Of a stretch of DNA of 64,000 nucleotides, positions 27,501 through 36,506 are shown in pieces. The position numbers and the translations under genes were made by a program. Location: the sequence record NC_022096.1; one strand, written 5' to 3'. The notes beneath the pieces were generated by a model that was given only the letters and a program-made list of their open reading frames with translations, searched no databases and was not told the DNA's origin. Within the stretch, counting starts at the first letter, position 1; each line of letters opens with the position of its first letter.

Positions 27501-30450
27501 CGTGGTTGCTGGTCTGAACTTCCTGCGGAACAACCGCATGTCCATCGTTATCGGCAACGCCGTAATGAACGTGGGCACCAACCTGGAGTTCATCAAGGCA
27601 TTCAAGTTCAACTACATCATCATCGACGAAAGCCACAAGCTCAAGGGCATCAACACCGCCAAGCACAAGGTCACGAAGCAGCTCACCACTGCGTCGTTCG
27701 TGGAGTACCTGCGCATCGCAACTGGTACCCTGATCGCCGACCGTGTGCGTGACATCGAAGGTCAAACGGCTCTGTACTCGCCGCACATCTTCCGTCAGGG
27801 CGAACTGTCCAGCAGCACGGTCACGCAGTCGCTGAACGACGAGCTGAAACTCGGTGACGAAACCGTCCAGTTGTGGAAGGTGAACACGCCGCAACGCGCA
27901 CGGCAACGTCTGTCGCGCTACGCCGCAGTCATCACCAAGAAGAAGAAAGAGTGGGCCTTCATGCTGCCCTCCCCGATCGAAAACTTCTATGGTATCAAGT
28001 TCGTCAACGAGGAAGGTACCGAGCAGGAGATTCGTGAAGGCGAACTGCACCGCCAGCTCTATGATCTGGTAGTGGACGAGTCCGTACAGGCCCTGCAGCA
28101 GTTGCTGTCGAAGGCCAAGGGCCGTGCTGCTGGTGAAGATGATGACGACGATGACGATGGTGACGGTGACGAAGACGCCGAAGGCAACGAAATCGACTTC
28201 GAGATGGACGAAGGGGATGAACTGGCTGCTCTCAGCCAAGCAGACCTCGACGCCTACCTGCAGCGGATCGAGCGCCTGATCATCGCACCCGAGTACGACC
28301 CTCTGTTCGAGCAGGTCTTCGGTGCGTACGGCATCAAGAGCTACACGTCGCGGAAAGCGAAGTTCATCGCCAATCTGGTTGATCGCCATTTCAATCCCAA
28401 GGAGTGGAGTAAGGGCGAAGTGTACACCGAGTACGATCTGGTAACCTTCGAAGGTGACCTGTATCTGGCTCGTAAGTACAACAAGGAATCGACCACTCGC
28501 GACCAACTGCCGCGCGATACCATCGGCAAGGACCCGAAGTCCAACCCGTCGATCTGGAAGAAAGAGCCTGAGGGCAAGGTCATCATCTTCTGCCGCTACA
28601 CCAACTCGGTGAACGCGGTGTACAACGCGCTCGCGCCGAAGTACCAGAAGATGGCGGTCAAGTTCACCGGCGAAGAAGTGGACAAGTGGTCGAACCTGGA
28701 TGCGTTCATCAGTGACCCGAACGTCAAGATCATCGTTGCCAACGAAATGGGTCTGTCGGAAGGTCACAACCTGCAGATGGCCTCGCGCATGATTCGCGTG
28801 GAGTCTCCGTGGGGTCCGGGTGAACTCGACCAGTCGGCTTCGCGTATCTTCCGTCCTGATCCGAAGGGTGCGGCTGCTGGTGAAATCTACCGTGAAGTCG
28901 TGTTCCTGGACTGGGTGCTCGCGGACAACTCGATGGAGGTGGCTAAGCAAGGTCGCTTGATCGCCAAAATCTTCAACAAGACCCGCTTTGACGAGGCCGA
29001 GAACCCGCGCTACGCCGACGTGTTGGCACACAACATGCTGGAAGAAGTCAGCATGTCCTTGGCGACTCTGCAGGAGCGTCCGAGCCTGTATGACTACGAC
29101 GAGTATATCTCGGCGTACAGCCAGCTCAACGGCATCCAGCGTGCCGAGTTCACGCACATGCGGGCGACCATGCCTACCTCGATGCTTGAGGTTCCGCAGA
29201 CCCCTGTTGTTGATGGGGCGCGGTCGATCAACACTCCGTTCGTTTCGTCTCAGGACATTCCTGACCCGAACGGCTGGAAGCCTGTTGTGTTGAAGAAGGT
29301 GCTGCGTGCGGAAGACGGCAAGCAGTATGTCGAAGACCCGGATCGTCTCGTTGGGCAGCCGGTTATTACCGACCGCGGCAACGGCATGATCGTCAGTGTC
29401 AAGACCCGCTACGTTGGTCTGGCGAAAGACGGTGTGGTCAACAAAGACCGTCCGATCAGCTCCGTGTTGGTCAAGCTGAAAGGCAGCAACGAAATCATCA
29501 GCATTGGTGACATGGGCCTGCTGTTCATGCCTACTGCTGCCAGCTCGAAGGTGATCCAGAAAGAGTTTGCTGTCGATCTGGCCTACCGCAAGGCGGACAT
29601 CAAGAAGCAGGAACGCTTGCAGCGCGATCAGGAGCTTCTGGAAGAGCAGGAAGAGAAGGAACGTGTGCGTCGGGAACGTCGCAGCACTCGCCAGGCTCGC
29701 GTGCGTACAACTTCCATCGATGCCGGTGAAAAGCGTAAACGCAACATCAAGGAAGGTAAGCCTGTTAACCAGGGTGTGACCTACACTCCGAACTTGAAGA
29801 TTCCGACTTCGGTGAAGCCGGACGCAGCAGAAGTTGAGGCAACTCCACTGGTGCTGTCGCCTGCTTACTACCACGGGTATCTGACGCTCGAATCCGACAA
29901 CATCGACTACGCCAAGGCGTTGAAGAAGCACGGGTTCAAGCAGATCGGGGAGTACGCTTTCATCGTAGTGTCGCGCCGTAATCAGGCGAACGCTGTGATG
30001 GACTACATCGAGGAGAAGTTCCACCTGTCCGATCAAACGGCCAACCGCCTCGGTGAAGTGTTCGCTGCCTTTGAGAAGGGCAAGCGTGGTTTGTACAATC
30101 TGGAGCTCCTGCCTCAGAACACGCTGCCGCACTTCTTCCAAGTCAGCAAGCGCATGGTAACCGATCGGAAAGAGGCTCGTTTCTTCCCGTTCTTCATGGA
30201 TGACAAGCTGATGATTGCTGTGGACGTTGCTACGTCGCCGATCATCAAGCGCCATATCGGCAAGGAGATTCCGGGTGCAAATACCAAGTGGCAACTGTCA
30301 CCTGGTGCTCTGGTGTGCTTCCTGCAGAACAAGGCTGCCATGAACAGCAAGGTCAAGGAGCTGAAAGACGCTGGCTTCACCATCGCATCGCCTGACGTGC
30401 TCAAGAAGGAGATTGCTGCAATCAACTTCAAGGCATCGAAGAAGAAGTGA
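24541..30450 (+). CDS. large SNF2/SF2 helicase-like protein (1969 aa)
   Basis: Motif I ISPGGGKT, II IIDESH, III ATGT, IV IIFCRY, V SEGHNLQ, VI QSASRIFR; GAGG RBS. Confidence 0.85.
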   Translation: MGSLFTLNSLSAAIDAAVEEASKTPFKREIDAMYDALGASLSGDAPEYVSLAAGAPDLVKSLQPVSLDPELYKAYNSFFYNKRRAFLVELFDQVADVANSVNCFFLFMREMLQQGRSLFAAESNRTEWDRRIQELAERAVKQRDMLRQGDKSSVNESMYRLLGAMMHGDKHSIRASEVYSGGVDVMLARSARDKALMCSNIQYGYFLASNTSQFGYENDRMQAFMTETSLKVKEAAREILEYLFGAGHEGSSYEPYMKSLPLTTDFTEIQRIFEKVVGVKLGVNFFHNITFGTDSKSKAEQFCRAVLVLHAEKSAEAELSKQYSREIARSDIGPEGLLSVEALVKQRVQQDITTEAALLNRVVGSTIAFTFDKPTARFIAQAEETEDLNFANFDSWFSLWSTQFLRKKGSTVSNDLVKGRVKLANIPRYVLPVSKLAQITKARQRLGMSVEATRANEDGLYITPQGTLAYLPTGEDRDKLTAINEFERLGAAVAKVCSDYGINNSILAESYEKVAQYGIPHSVYAEANANLKRLTEFHDSVLSYDWDYGLRVYGSERPGLVRCEVQIGAVKPDTLTIADYLGYNMAKEGEAPLQKTFADSLMLMTHDNPIASDTHPRDIYGSTMEPDKFVKTAQFRSIFETYFFHVYKGELPGLQELVKRAMSELSIEKLDKETPRDQGPLYTGLITSDGTMRDAGRNQETDIELAERLLAATANATSGKNGTFIARELGEDMRDASYQEMQDAIAEHEDFFVADKSPAHHFARLFNFIGGNVFKQILDGINSLSVEQLTDGSRSHEVVERLPSADGGQPMDVKRTIVRPNSNELLNTVKPIAIMFGKYAQNYEALEAEAEEAIKSIEYDPGVDVEDIHFAGSKESFSVFPHQLDTHRYLRKPQPPKFAVLDISPGGGKTSIGLGDMAAIVKDMQGLGKKIRPLVLCPDGLIRNWCNDMKSFAGDTWNMIPIDKNVFNRWGAERLQQVIEQAPPNTIVVAGLNFLRNNRMSIVIGNAVMNVGTNLEFIKAFKFNYIIIDESHKLKGINTAKHKVTKQLTTASFVEYLRIATGTLIADRVRDIEGQTALYSPHIFRQGELSSSTVTQSLNDELKLGDETVQLWKVNTPQRARQRLSRYAAVITKKKKEWAFMLPSPIENFYGIKFVNEEGTEQEIREGELHRQLYDLVVDESVQALQQLLSKAKGRAAGEDDDDDDDGDGDEDAEGNEIDFEMDEGDELAALSQADLDAYLQRIERLIIAPEYDPLFEQVFGAYGIKSYTSRKAKFIANLVDRHFNPKEWSKGEVYTEYDLVTFEGDLYLARKYNKESTTRDQLPRDTIGKDPKSNPSIWKKEPEGKVIIFCRYTNSVNAVYNALAPKYQKMAVKFTGEEVDKWSNLDAFISDPNVKIIVANEMGLSEGHNLQMASRMIRVESPWGPGELDQSASRIFRPDPKGAAAGEIYREVVFLDWVLADNSMEVAKQGRLIAKIFNKTRFDEAENPRYADVLAHNMLEEVSMSLATLQERPSLYDYDEYISAYSQLNGIQRAEFTHMRATMPTSMLEVPQTPVVDGARSINTPFVSSQDIPDPNGWKPVVLKKVLRAEDGKQYVEDPDRLVGQPVITDRGNGMIVSVKTRYVGLAKDGVVNKDRPISSVLVKLKGSNEIISIGDMGLLFMPTAASSKVIQKEFAVDLAYRKADIKKQERLQRDQELLEEQEEKERVRRERRSTRQARVRTTSIDAGEKRKRNIKEGKPVNQGVTYTPNLKIPTSVKPDAAEVEATPLVLSPAYYHGYLTLESDNIDYAKALKKHGFKQIGEYAFIVVSRRNQANAVMDYIEEKFHLSDQTANRLGEVFAAFEKGKRGLYNLELLPQNTLPHFFQVSKRMVTDRKEARFFPFFMDDKLMIAVDVATSPIIKRHIGKEIPGANTKWQLSPGALVCFLQNKAAMNSKVKELKDAGFTIASPDVLKKEIAAINFKASKKK

Positions 30451-30457
30451 TCCACAG

Positions 30458-30480
30458 GTGGGGAGGAAACTCCCCACTTC
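30458..30480 (+). terminator. hairpin, possible weak terminator
   Basis: GTGGGGAG-GAAA-CTCCCCAC with a short U tract. Confidence 0.55.
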
Positions 30481-30498
30481 CTCAACGAGGGAATCTGA

Positions 30499-31011
30499 AT
30501 GCAAACCAGTAAAGAGAAACTGATGGCGCAGCAATTGGTGCTGTTCCATCTGGGCTTCTACAAAGGCCTGATCGATGGCATTTGGTCGACCGCCACCATC
30601 ACAGCCAAGAAGAAATTCGAGGCCGACATGAGCTTCTTGCCTGCCTATCCGAATCAAGGACTGCCCTTCGGTGAGCGCGACAAGTTGCCCAAGAACATGT
30701 ACTACGCCAACGGTCTCATCAAGCACCGTGAGCTGACGCCTGAACGCGAGAAGGAAATCATGGACGCCATGAAGGCGCGCATGGGTGCTGCCACGCGGGA
30801 AGAGCCGAAGGTCGAAGTCGGTATTACTGAGATCGACGGGGCAGGTCTCGTGGGTCCTGCCGGTGAAGCTGGTCAACCCGGCCCAGACTATCCAGCAGAC
30901 GGACAGCCCAACGCGTTGGCTGGTGCTGCAGGGCAGGAACAGAAGCCTGCACACCAGCAACAGGGCAAGCCACATCATCACGGCCATCGGCCCAAAGATC
31001 AACGGCGGTGA
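30499..31011 (+). CDS. hypothetical protein
   Basis: 170-aa ORF with a low-complexity G/P/Q/H C-terminus. Confidence 0.65.
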   Translation: MQTSKEKLMAQQLVLFHLGFYKGLIDGIWSTATITAKKKFEADMSFLPAYPNQGLPFGERDKLPKNMYYANGLIKHRELTPEREKEIMDAMKARMGAATREEPKVEVGITEIDGAGLVGPAGEAGQPGPDYPADGQPNALAGAAGQEQKPAHQQQGKPHHHGHRPKDQRR

Positions 31012-31014
31012 CCT

Positions 31015-31524
31015 ATGAAGCATCCGGCTAAGCTCACTTACGCCGCGCTGCGACTCAATGGTGCCACCCGCCGCTACCTGTTCTGCACAACCCAAGAGAA
31101 GCCACACTTCGGTGACGAGTCTTTCGACTTCTTGGCGTACTTCGGGTTTGGTAGTGGTGAGTTTGAGGGCATGCACCCGCCCGAGTACGACAAGCTGCGC
31201 GTTCGCGTTGTTCAACTGCCGTCGTCTGATGTCGAGTACAACCTGGCCTTCATCGCCAAAACGATGAGCCAGCCGACAGACGAGTTTCGTGGCTTCTACA
31301 CGGAAGACGGCACTACGTTTCACATGCTCATGCCCGATCCCGATGGTGTGTCCCTGACTCATCTTTCGGCGTTCAACTGGCATTACTACACCGCAATCGG
31401 CGGCGACCAGCATACTGCGTTCTCGCACATCAAAGCGATGAACCGCAAGCATGTGCTGTTCGAGACCTACGCGGAGCAAAGTCGCTTGCTGCTCGGCTAC
31501 AGCGAACTCGCCCGTGTGATCTGA
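31015..31524 (+). CDS. hypothetical protein
   Basis: 169-aa ORF before a terminator. Confidence 0.68.
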   Translation: MKHPAKLTYAALRLNGATRRYLFCTTQEKPHFGDESFDFLAYFGFGSGEFEGMHPPEYDKLRVRVVQLPSSDVEYNLAFIAKTMSQPTDEFRGFYTEDGTTFHMLMPDPDGVSLTHLSAFNWHYYTAIGGDQHTAFSHIKAMNRKHVLFETYAEQSRLLLGYSELARVI

Positions 31525-31528
31525 CTAT

Positions 31529-31557
31529 AGGCGGCCTTCGGGTCGCCTTTTCTTTTT
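31529..31557 (+). terminator. rho-independent terminator
   Basis: AGGCGGCC-TTCG-GGTCGCCT-TTTCTTTTT. Confidence 0.88.
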
Positions 31558-31561
31558 CCGC

Positions 31562-31571
31562 AAACTGTAAA
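31562..31571 (+). promoter_or_regulatory. class A motif core AAACTGTAAA upstream of the DNA polymerase
   Basis: Identical 10-mer to 1191 and 3751, directly after a terminator; downstream TATA element degenerate. Confidence 0.5.
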
Positions 31572-31603
31572 TGCTATCCAGACATGGATTAGAGGTGTTT
31601 GGT

Positions 31604-34600
31604 ATGCCTAAGTGCGATCATGTCGAGTTGGACTACAAATACTCCAAGAAGTTTCGCAGAGTCGAGAACAACTTCGGGTATGTCCGCTTGGCCAAATCGG
31701 TAGTCAAGAAGCCCAAGGGCAAGATTCTGTTTGTGTTGGACTACGTTCCGACCGAAGACCTGCGCAGTGGCCGTATGCTCAGCGGTGCCACTGGCCAACT
31801 GTTCGATAACGTCATCAAAGTAGCCGAGCAGTATTACAACAGCGACCACGAACTCGCCGATTATTCGTGGCTGGCAATATCGTTCCACGCGTTCAAGACG
31901 GCAGGCCAACCCGAGCAGTTTCGCTCTGACGCCAAGCTGGAGTTTGCGGAGCGCCTGAATTTCATCATCACCGAATACAAGCCAGATGTCGTAGTGACCT
32001 TCGGACAAGACCCGTACAAGGCACTGAACGGCGAGTTGATTGCCTCGAAGTACCGCGACCGAAAGGGTATCCACTACGAGCACTTCTACGGCGTACCAAT
32101 CGAGACGACCGTAAGCAAGGGTGAGAAGTCGCACACGTTCAAGCACGTTCCGACGCTCAGCCTGAACACCCTGGTAAACGCCAGCGGCAAAGGCGAGCCA
32201 ATGTACCTCGCTGGGTATGTTGCGCGTAACCTGATGACTGCGCTGTATGGCGGCGAGTTGCGGTACAAGATTCCTGAGTTGAAGTACAAGGTCAGGCTGG
32301 TCGACACTATCGACAAGTTTGACGAAATGCTCGACACGATCACCGAAGCCAAGGAAGTGGCAATCGACACGGAGACCAAGAACCTCATGCGGATCACAAA
32401 CCGCATGTTGACGATTCAGTTTGCCGTGGATGAAAAGGCTGCGTACATTCTGCCCATCGGACACAAGGACAGTCCTTGGTTGCCCGACGAGTTGAAGTAC
32501 ATCAAGAAGAAGTTGCGCCTGTACTTCGAGCGCAAGAACAAGAACAAGCAGCACATCTACGCCAACGCCGTGTTCGACCTGAACAGGATTCGCGTGGACC
32601 TTGGAGTTCGCCATTTCAAGAATGCTGTCTGGGACGTGTTCGCTGGTGAGTTCGGGCACGACGAAAACATGAAGGTGTTGGAGGGTATCACTGGCGGTAC
32701 CTACTACACCCTGCTCAACATTTGTATGCAGTACGGTTGTACCGCGTACTACGAGTCCGACTTCGGTAAGGACAAGCGGGCAACCATCGAACAGGCCGAC
32801 TTGGATAAGTCCCTGCTCAATTACTGCGCACTGGACGTCGTTACGCTCATCCACATCAAGCGCCTGCAGATTCAGCGCGGTAAGGACTACGGCTACAAGA
32901 AGTACCAGAGCATCGTGAAAGAGCAGATCAGTGATATGCTCCACGTGTTCTCGTGCCTTGAGGTCAACGGGTGCAAGACGGACATCAACTGGCTGTTCTA
33001 CCTGAAGTCCAAAGACAGCCCGATCTTGAAGCACCGTGCCGACGTCATCAAGGCACTCAACGAGACCAAGGGCGTACAGCGCGCCAACGCCAAGATGTCG
33101 AAGCAGTCTGGCGCGCCGCAACTCGGCCTGTTTGGAAAGACCAAGCTCAACATCTTCGACATCGGCAAGAAGGCACACTTGAACATGCTCATGTTCGACG
33201 TGCTCAAGCTCAAGCCGCTGTCTACGGGTAAGGGCGGTCAGGGCAACATCGACAAGGACTTCCAGAAGAAGTATGCGGACATACCGGAAGTGGCTCTGTA
33301 CAACGAGCTACAGAAGGTCAAGAAAATCTACAACAGCTATGTCAAGGCGTTTGTCAAGCAATGGGGTTCCGACTCCGACATGCGCTCCGACTCCTGCATT
33401 CGTCCGTTCTTCCAGTTCCGAGACGTGGTAACAGGCCGTACCTCGGCGAAGAAACCATCGCTGCACCAAATCCCAAGCAGAAACGAAATCACGGAGTTCA
33501 TCAAGAAGATGTTCCCCGGCCGTGCCGACTTGGGTAAGATCATCAAGCGCCTGTTCATTGCGGACAAGGGTCGCCTGATCTTGAAGATCGACTATGCGGC
33601 ACACGAAGTTCGTGGTTGGTCGATCATCACTGGTGACCAAGAAGTGGCAGACCTGTTCTGGCACGGCTTGCGTATGCGTAACCAGTACAAGCTCTACCCA
33701 ACGGAAGAGCTGGCGAAAAAGATTGACATGGAAGGTGACGTCCATAAGATCAACGCCGCGTACTTCTTCGGTATGAAGATCGAGGACGTAGATAAGCCGA
33801 AGCGTAACAGCGTTAAGCAGGTAATCTTCGGTCTGATTTACCAGCAGGGCATGGAGGGTGTTGCCAAGTCCACAGGGCAAACCCTTGAGGCGATCAAGTC
33901 TCTGGTCAAGGCGTTCTTCAAGCGCTTCCCGATCGGTGCTGGCTGGTTCGACAAGATCAAGGAGAAAGCTGCCAAGCAGTTGTATGTCGAATCGCCCCTG
34001 GGCCGTCGCCGTAACCTGTGGGCATTCCTGATCCCGAAAGATGCCAAGTCGTTCGAGGGTGTCTACGCTGCCACTGGCCGTCGTGCTGTGAACTCGCCAA
34101 TTCAGGGCATGGGTTCTGACTTCCTGGTGTCTGGCGCTCGGGAAATCGAGAACATGAAGTATGCCCACTACCGCGAGACTGGCCACTACCCGGACTTCTA
34201 CATGTGCAACTCTGTACACGACTCCTTGGAGTTTAGCGTTGCGTATGAGGACGTTTGGCTTGCGATTCGGATGATCGAACACGGCCTGACTTACGGCGTC
34301 ATGAGTGTCATGGAGAAACGTCATGGTCTGCGCTTCCCAGTGCCGCTGGAAATCGACTTTGAAATCGGCGCCAACATCCGTGACTGCAAAGGCTGGGATT
34401 ACAGCCTTGCCAATCTGGATGAGTTGATCGAAAAAGCTCTGGTACAGCAGCGCGATGAATTCGGCTACGAAGTGGACGTTGAGAAGACACTCAAGCAGAT
34501 CACCCGTGGTCAGTACGAGCACATGCCTGACTGGGCCAAGAAGCAAGCCTGGAACCTGAAACTCAAGATGAAGGGTATGAAGAAAGACCCGCGTGCCGCC

Positions 34601-34702
34601 GACGAAGTCTTCACAGCGAAGACTGCGAAAGCCGCCATCGAGAAATTCAACGCCAAGCCTAAGAAACCTGTGAAAGGCAAAGTCATGAAGGAGGCCGCAT
34701 GA
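31604..34702 (+). CDS. DNA polymerase family A with N-terminal UDG-like domain and 3'-5' exonuclease
   Basis: Exo I AIDTET; Pol motifs A KIDYAAHEVR, B KQVIFGLIYQQG, C VHDS; GAGGT RBS before ATG 31604. Confidence 0.92.
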   Translation: MPKCDHVELDYKYSKKFRRVENNFGYVRLAKSVVKKPKGKILFVLDYVPTEDLRSGRMLSGATGQLFDNVIKVAEQYYNSDHELADYSWLAISFHAFKTAGQPEQFRSDAKLEFAERLNFIITEYKPDVVVTFGQDPYKALNGELIASKYRDRKGIHYEHFYGVPIETTVSKGEKSHTFKHVPTLSLNTLVNASGKGEPMYLAGYVARNLMTALYGGELRYKIPELKYKVRLVDTIDKFDEMLDTITEAKEVAIDTETKNLMRITNRMLTIQFAVDEKAAYILPIGHKDSPWLPDELKYIKKKLRLYFERKNKNKQHIYANAVFDLNRIRVDLGVRHFKNAVWDVFAGEFGHDENMKVLEGITGGTYYTLLNICMQYGCTAYYESDFGKDKRATIEQADLDKSLLNYCALDVVTLIHIKRLQIQRGKDYGYKKYQSIVKEQISDMLHVFSCLEVNGCKTDINWLFYLKSKDSPILKHRADVIKALNETKGVQRANAKMSKQSGAPQLGLFGKTKLNIFDIGKKAHLNMLMFDVLKLKPLSTGKGGQGNIDKDFQKKYADIPEVALYNELQKVKKIYNSYVKAFVKQWGSDSDMRSDSCIRPFFQFRDVVTGRTSAKKPSLHQIPSRNEITEFIKKMFPGRADLGKIIKRLFIADKGRLILKIDYAAHEVRGWSIITGDQEVADLFWHGLRMRNQYKLYPTEELAKKIDMEGDVHKINAAYFFGMKIEDVDKPKRNSVKQVIFGLIYQQGMEGVAKSTGQTLEAIKSLVKAFFKRFPIGAGWFDKIKEKAAKQLYVESPLGRRRNLWAFLIPKDAKSFEGVYAATGRRAVNSPIQGMGSDFLVSGAREIENMKYAHYRETGHYPDFYMCNSVHDSLEFSVAYEDVWLAIRMIEHGLTYGVMSVMEKRHGLRFPVPLEIDFEIGANIRDCKGWDYSLANLDELIEKALVQQRDEFGYEVDVEKTLKQITRGQYEHMPDWAKKQAWNLKLKMKGMKKDPRAADEVFTAKTAKAAIEKFNAKPKKPVKGKVMKEAA

Positions 34703-35028
34703 GTGGTGACCTGCAACACGCCGTCGATCTTTTGAACGAGGCAGTGGCGCTTGATCCGAAACTCTGGTCGCTGTTTGACGTGATGGTCCCTACGGCTACC
34801 GTCGTAGGGCTATCAACGCCTATCGAGTTGATGCAGGTCAATGATCGACTCGCCATGGCGAACGTGCTCGGAGTCCTGAACGGACTTCTTGCACCCAGTG
34901 CAAACGAGCGTATCAGCATTATCGTGGAAAACAAAAATGGACACACCCAACGCAAATTTTGCGTCACCGGGCTTGAACATTCCGCCGTGGGCGATGCTCA
35001 GCACCAGGATGTCGAAGGGTCTGTATAA
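34699..35028 (+). CDS. hypothetical protein
   Basis: ATGA overlap with the polymerase stop, GGAGG RBS. Confidence 0.65.
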   Translation: MSGDLQHAVDLLNEAVALDPKLWSLFDVMVPTATVVGLSTPIELMQVNDRLAMANVLGVLNGLLAPSANERISIIVENKNGHTQRKFCVTGLEHSAVGDAQHQDVEGSV

Positions 35029-35350
35029 GCGCATTCTTGCCAGCCAGACCATAAGCCTGTCCAAGGGCGAATTGCAGCAATGGTTCGTTGAGTCGTGGAA
35101 TGCAACCTACGCCAACTTCACGCAGGTTGCAATCGCAATGTGTGAAGACACTACGTCGGCAGAGATTCTGATGCGCGCTGCCCGCGCCGTGTTTCTGGAA
35201 ATGCAAGTGCGATTCCCAGGACTTCACCGTTCTGGATACAACATGTACATGGCAGTGTCACCTCGCGGTAGAACCTGCCGTCTCTATTTAGACGTTGCGC
35301 CCAAGGGCGTGATCGTGACAGACGCTCCTGTTAATTGGACTCTGCACTAA
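34937..35350 (+). CDS. hypothetical protein
   Basis: ORF filling the gap to the clamp gene; start uncertain. Confidence 0.5.
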   Translation: MDTPNANFASPGLNIPPWAMLSTRMSKGLYKRILASQTISLSKGELQQWFVESWNATYANFTQVAIAMCEDTTSAEILMRAARAVFLEMQVRFPGLHRSGYNMYMAVSPRGRTCRLYLDVAPKGVIVTDAPVNWTLH

Positions 35351-35360
35351 GGAACGAAAG

Positions 35361-36506
35361 ATGAAGATTTCCCAGAAGCCAAACCTCTCTTTCACTGCAC
35401 ATGCCAAAGAACTGCAATCGGCAATCAGCAAGGTGCAGAGCATCACCCAGTTCGTCGATTGCCTTGACACCGAGCGCAAGCATGCCCTGATCGTCGCTGA
35501 TGGCAAAGCCTACGTTGCAGGTATCACACCTGATGCGTTTGCGTGCCTCCAGATTGCCGACAGTATGGCTGACGCTGAGGGTAGCCTGGTGTTCGATCCG
35601 CAGACGGTCAACGGCCTTATCAAAGGTCGTGATGTTCTGAGCGTCGAAGGCAGCAAAGCGCAAGTCACGTTCAGTGCCGTGAAAGGTAAGTACACCGCCA
35701 AGACCGAACTCGCCTTGTTCGATGACGCCGACATGGTGCGCGTCAAGTCCGTGTTCGAGGCTCCCAAGGCGAAGAAGCTCAAGAATGCCGTCATCAACGC
35801 AATTCGCGCAGGCATCAAAGCGGCCGAACTCACCAACTTCTACTCGGACGAAGTGATCCTCGCTTTCGTCAAGGTTGGTGAGAAAGGCGTCACCATCGAG
35901 TGCGCGGACAACTTCCACATTTCCTGCTACCAGGACAAGACACCGAGCGACGCCAAGTTTCGCTTTGCCATTCCTGCCAAGACTTTCGGCCTGATCGACA
36001 AGTTCATCGGCGACGAAGACGCGCAGTTCAGTCTCGACGGTAGCCAATTGCGTGTCCACGGCAAAGGCTTCACTGTGAGTCTGCCGGAAACTCAAGCCGA
36101 CGAAAGCTACTTCGATTTGGTTCCGCAGTATCTGAAAGCCCTCACCGAGCCGAAGACCAAGATCAAGTTCAAGACCGAGGCGTTGAAGACGGTCGACAAC
36201 ATGTTCGCCATCATTACCGAAGATACCAAGATGGCGTTCTCCGTCGGCAAGAAGGGTGTCGAGATTCGCATGACCACACGTAGCGGCGAAGTCAGCGATG
36301 AGTTCAAGGCGGCCGTTGATGGCGAGAAGCGCACTGCGCATATCGATCCGCGCATCCTGAATGACCTGCTCAAGAAAGCCAAGGGTGATGAGATTCCGAT
36401 GGAGTTTTACGTCGGCAAGAAAGGCACCTCGTCGTGCTTCAAGATCATTTCCAAGCAGAGTGACACTGCGCGCCTTACTCAGATTGGTACCTTCTATGAC
36501 GAATGA
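35361..36506 (+). CDS. sliding clamp, DNA polymerase III beta-like
   Basis: 381 aa, the size of a three-domain beta clamp, with similar alternating strand/helix pattern; IDPRILNDLLK recalls the beta-clamp third domain; AAGGA RBS. Confidence 0.65.
   Translation: MKISQKPNLSFTAHAKELQSAISKVQSITQFVDCLDTERKHALIVADGKAYVAGITPDAFACLQIADSMADAEGSLVFDPQTVNGLIKGRDVLSVEGSKAQVTFSAVKGKYTAKTELALFDDADMVRVKSVFEAPKAKKLKNAVINAIRAGIKAAELTNFYSDEVILAFVKVGEKGVTIECADNFHISCYQDKTPSDAKFRFAIPAKTFGLIDKFIGDEDAQFSLDGSQLRVHGKGFTVSLPETQADESYFDLVPQYLKALTEPKTKIKFKTEALKTVDNMFAIITEDTKMAFSVGKKGVEIRMTTRSGEVSDEFKAAVDGEKRTAHIDPRILNDLLKKAKGDEIPMEFYVGKKGTSSCFKIISKQSDTARLTQIGTFYDE

Noticed and set aside
26281-30294. 1337-aa - strand ORF (also 25066..26238, 43508..46813, 46976..50341, 20413..22257 and many shorter ones)
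   Set aside because: They lie exactly antisense to motif-bearing + strand genes and lack motifs or RBS. Strong codon bias on the sense strand suppresses antisense stops.
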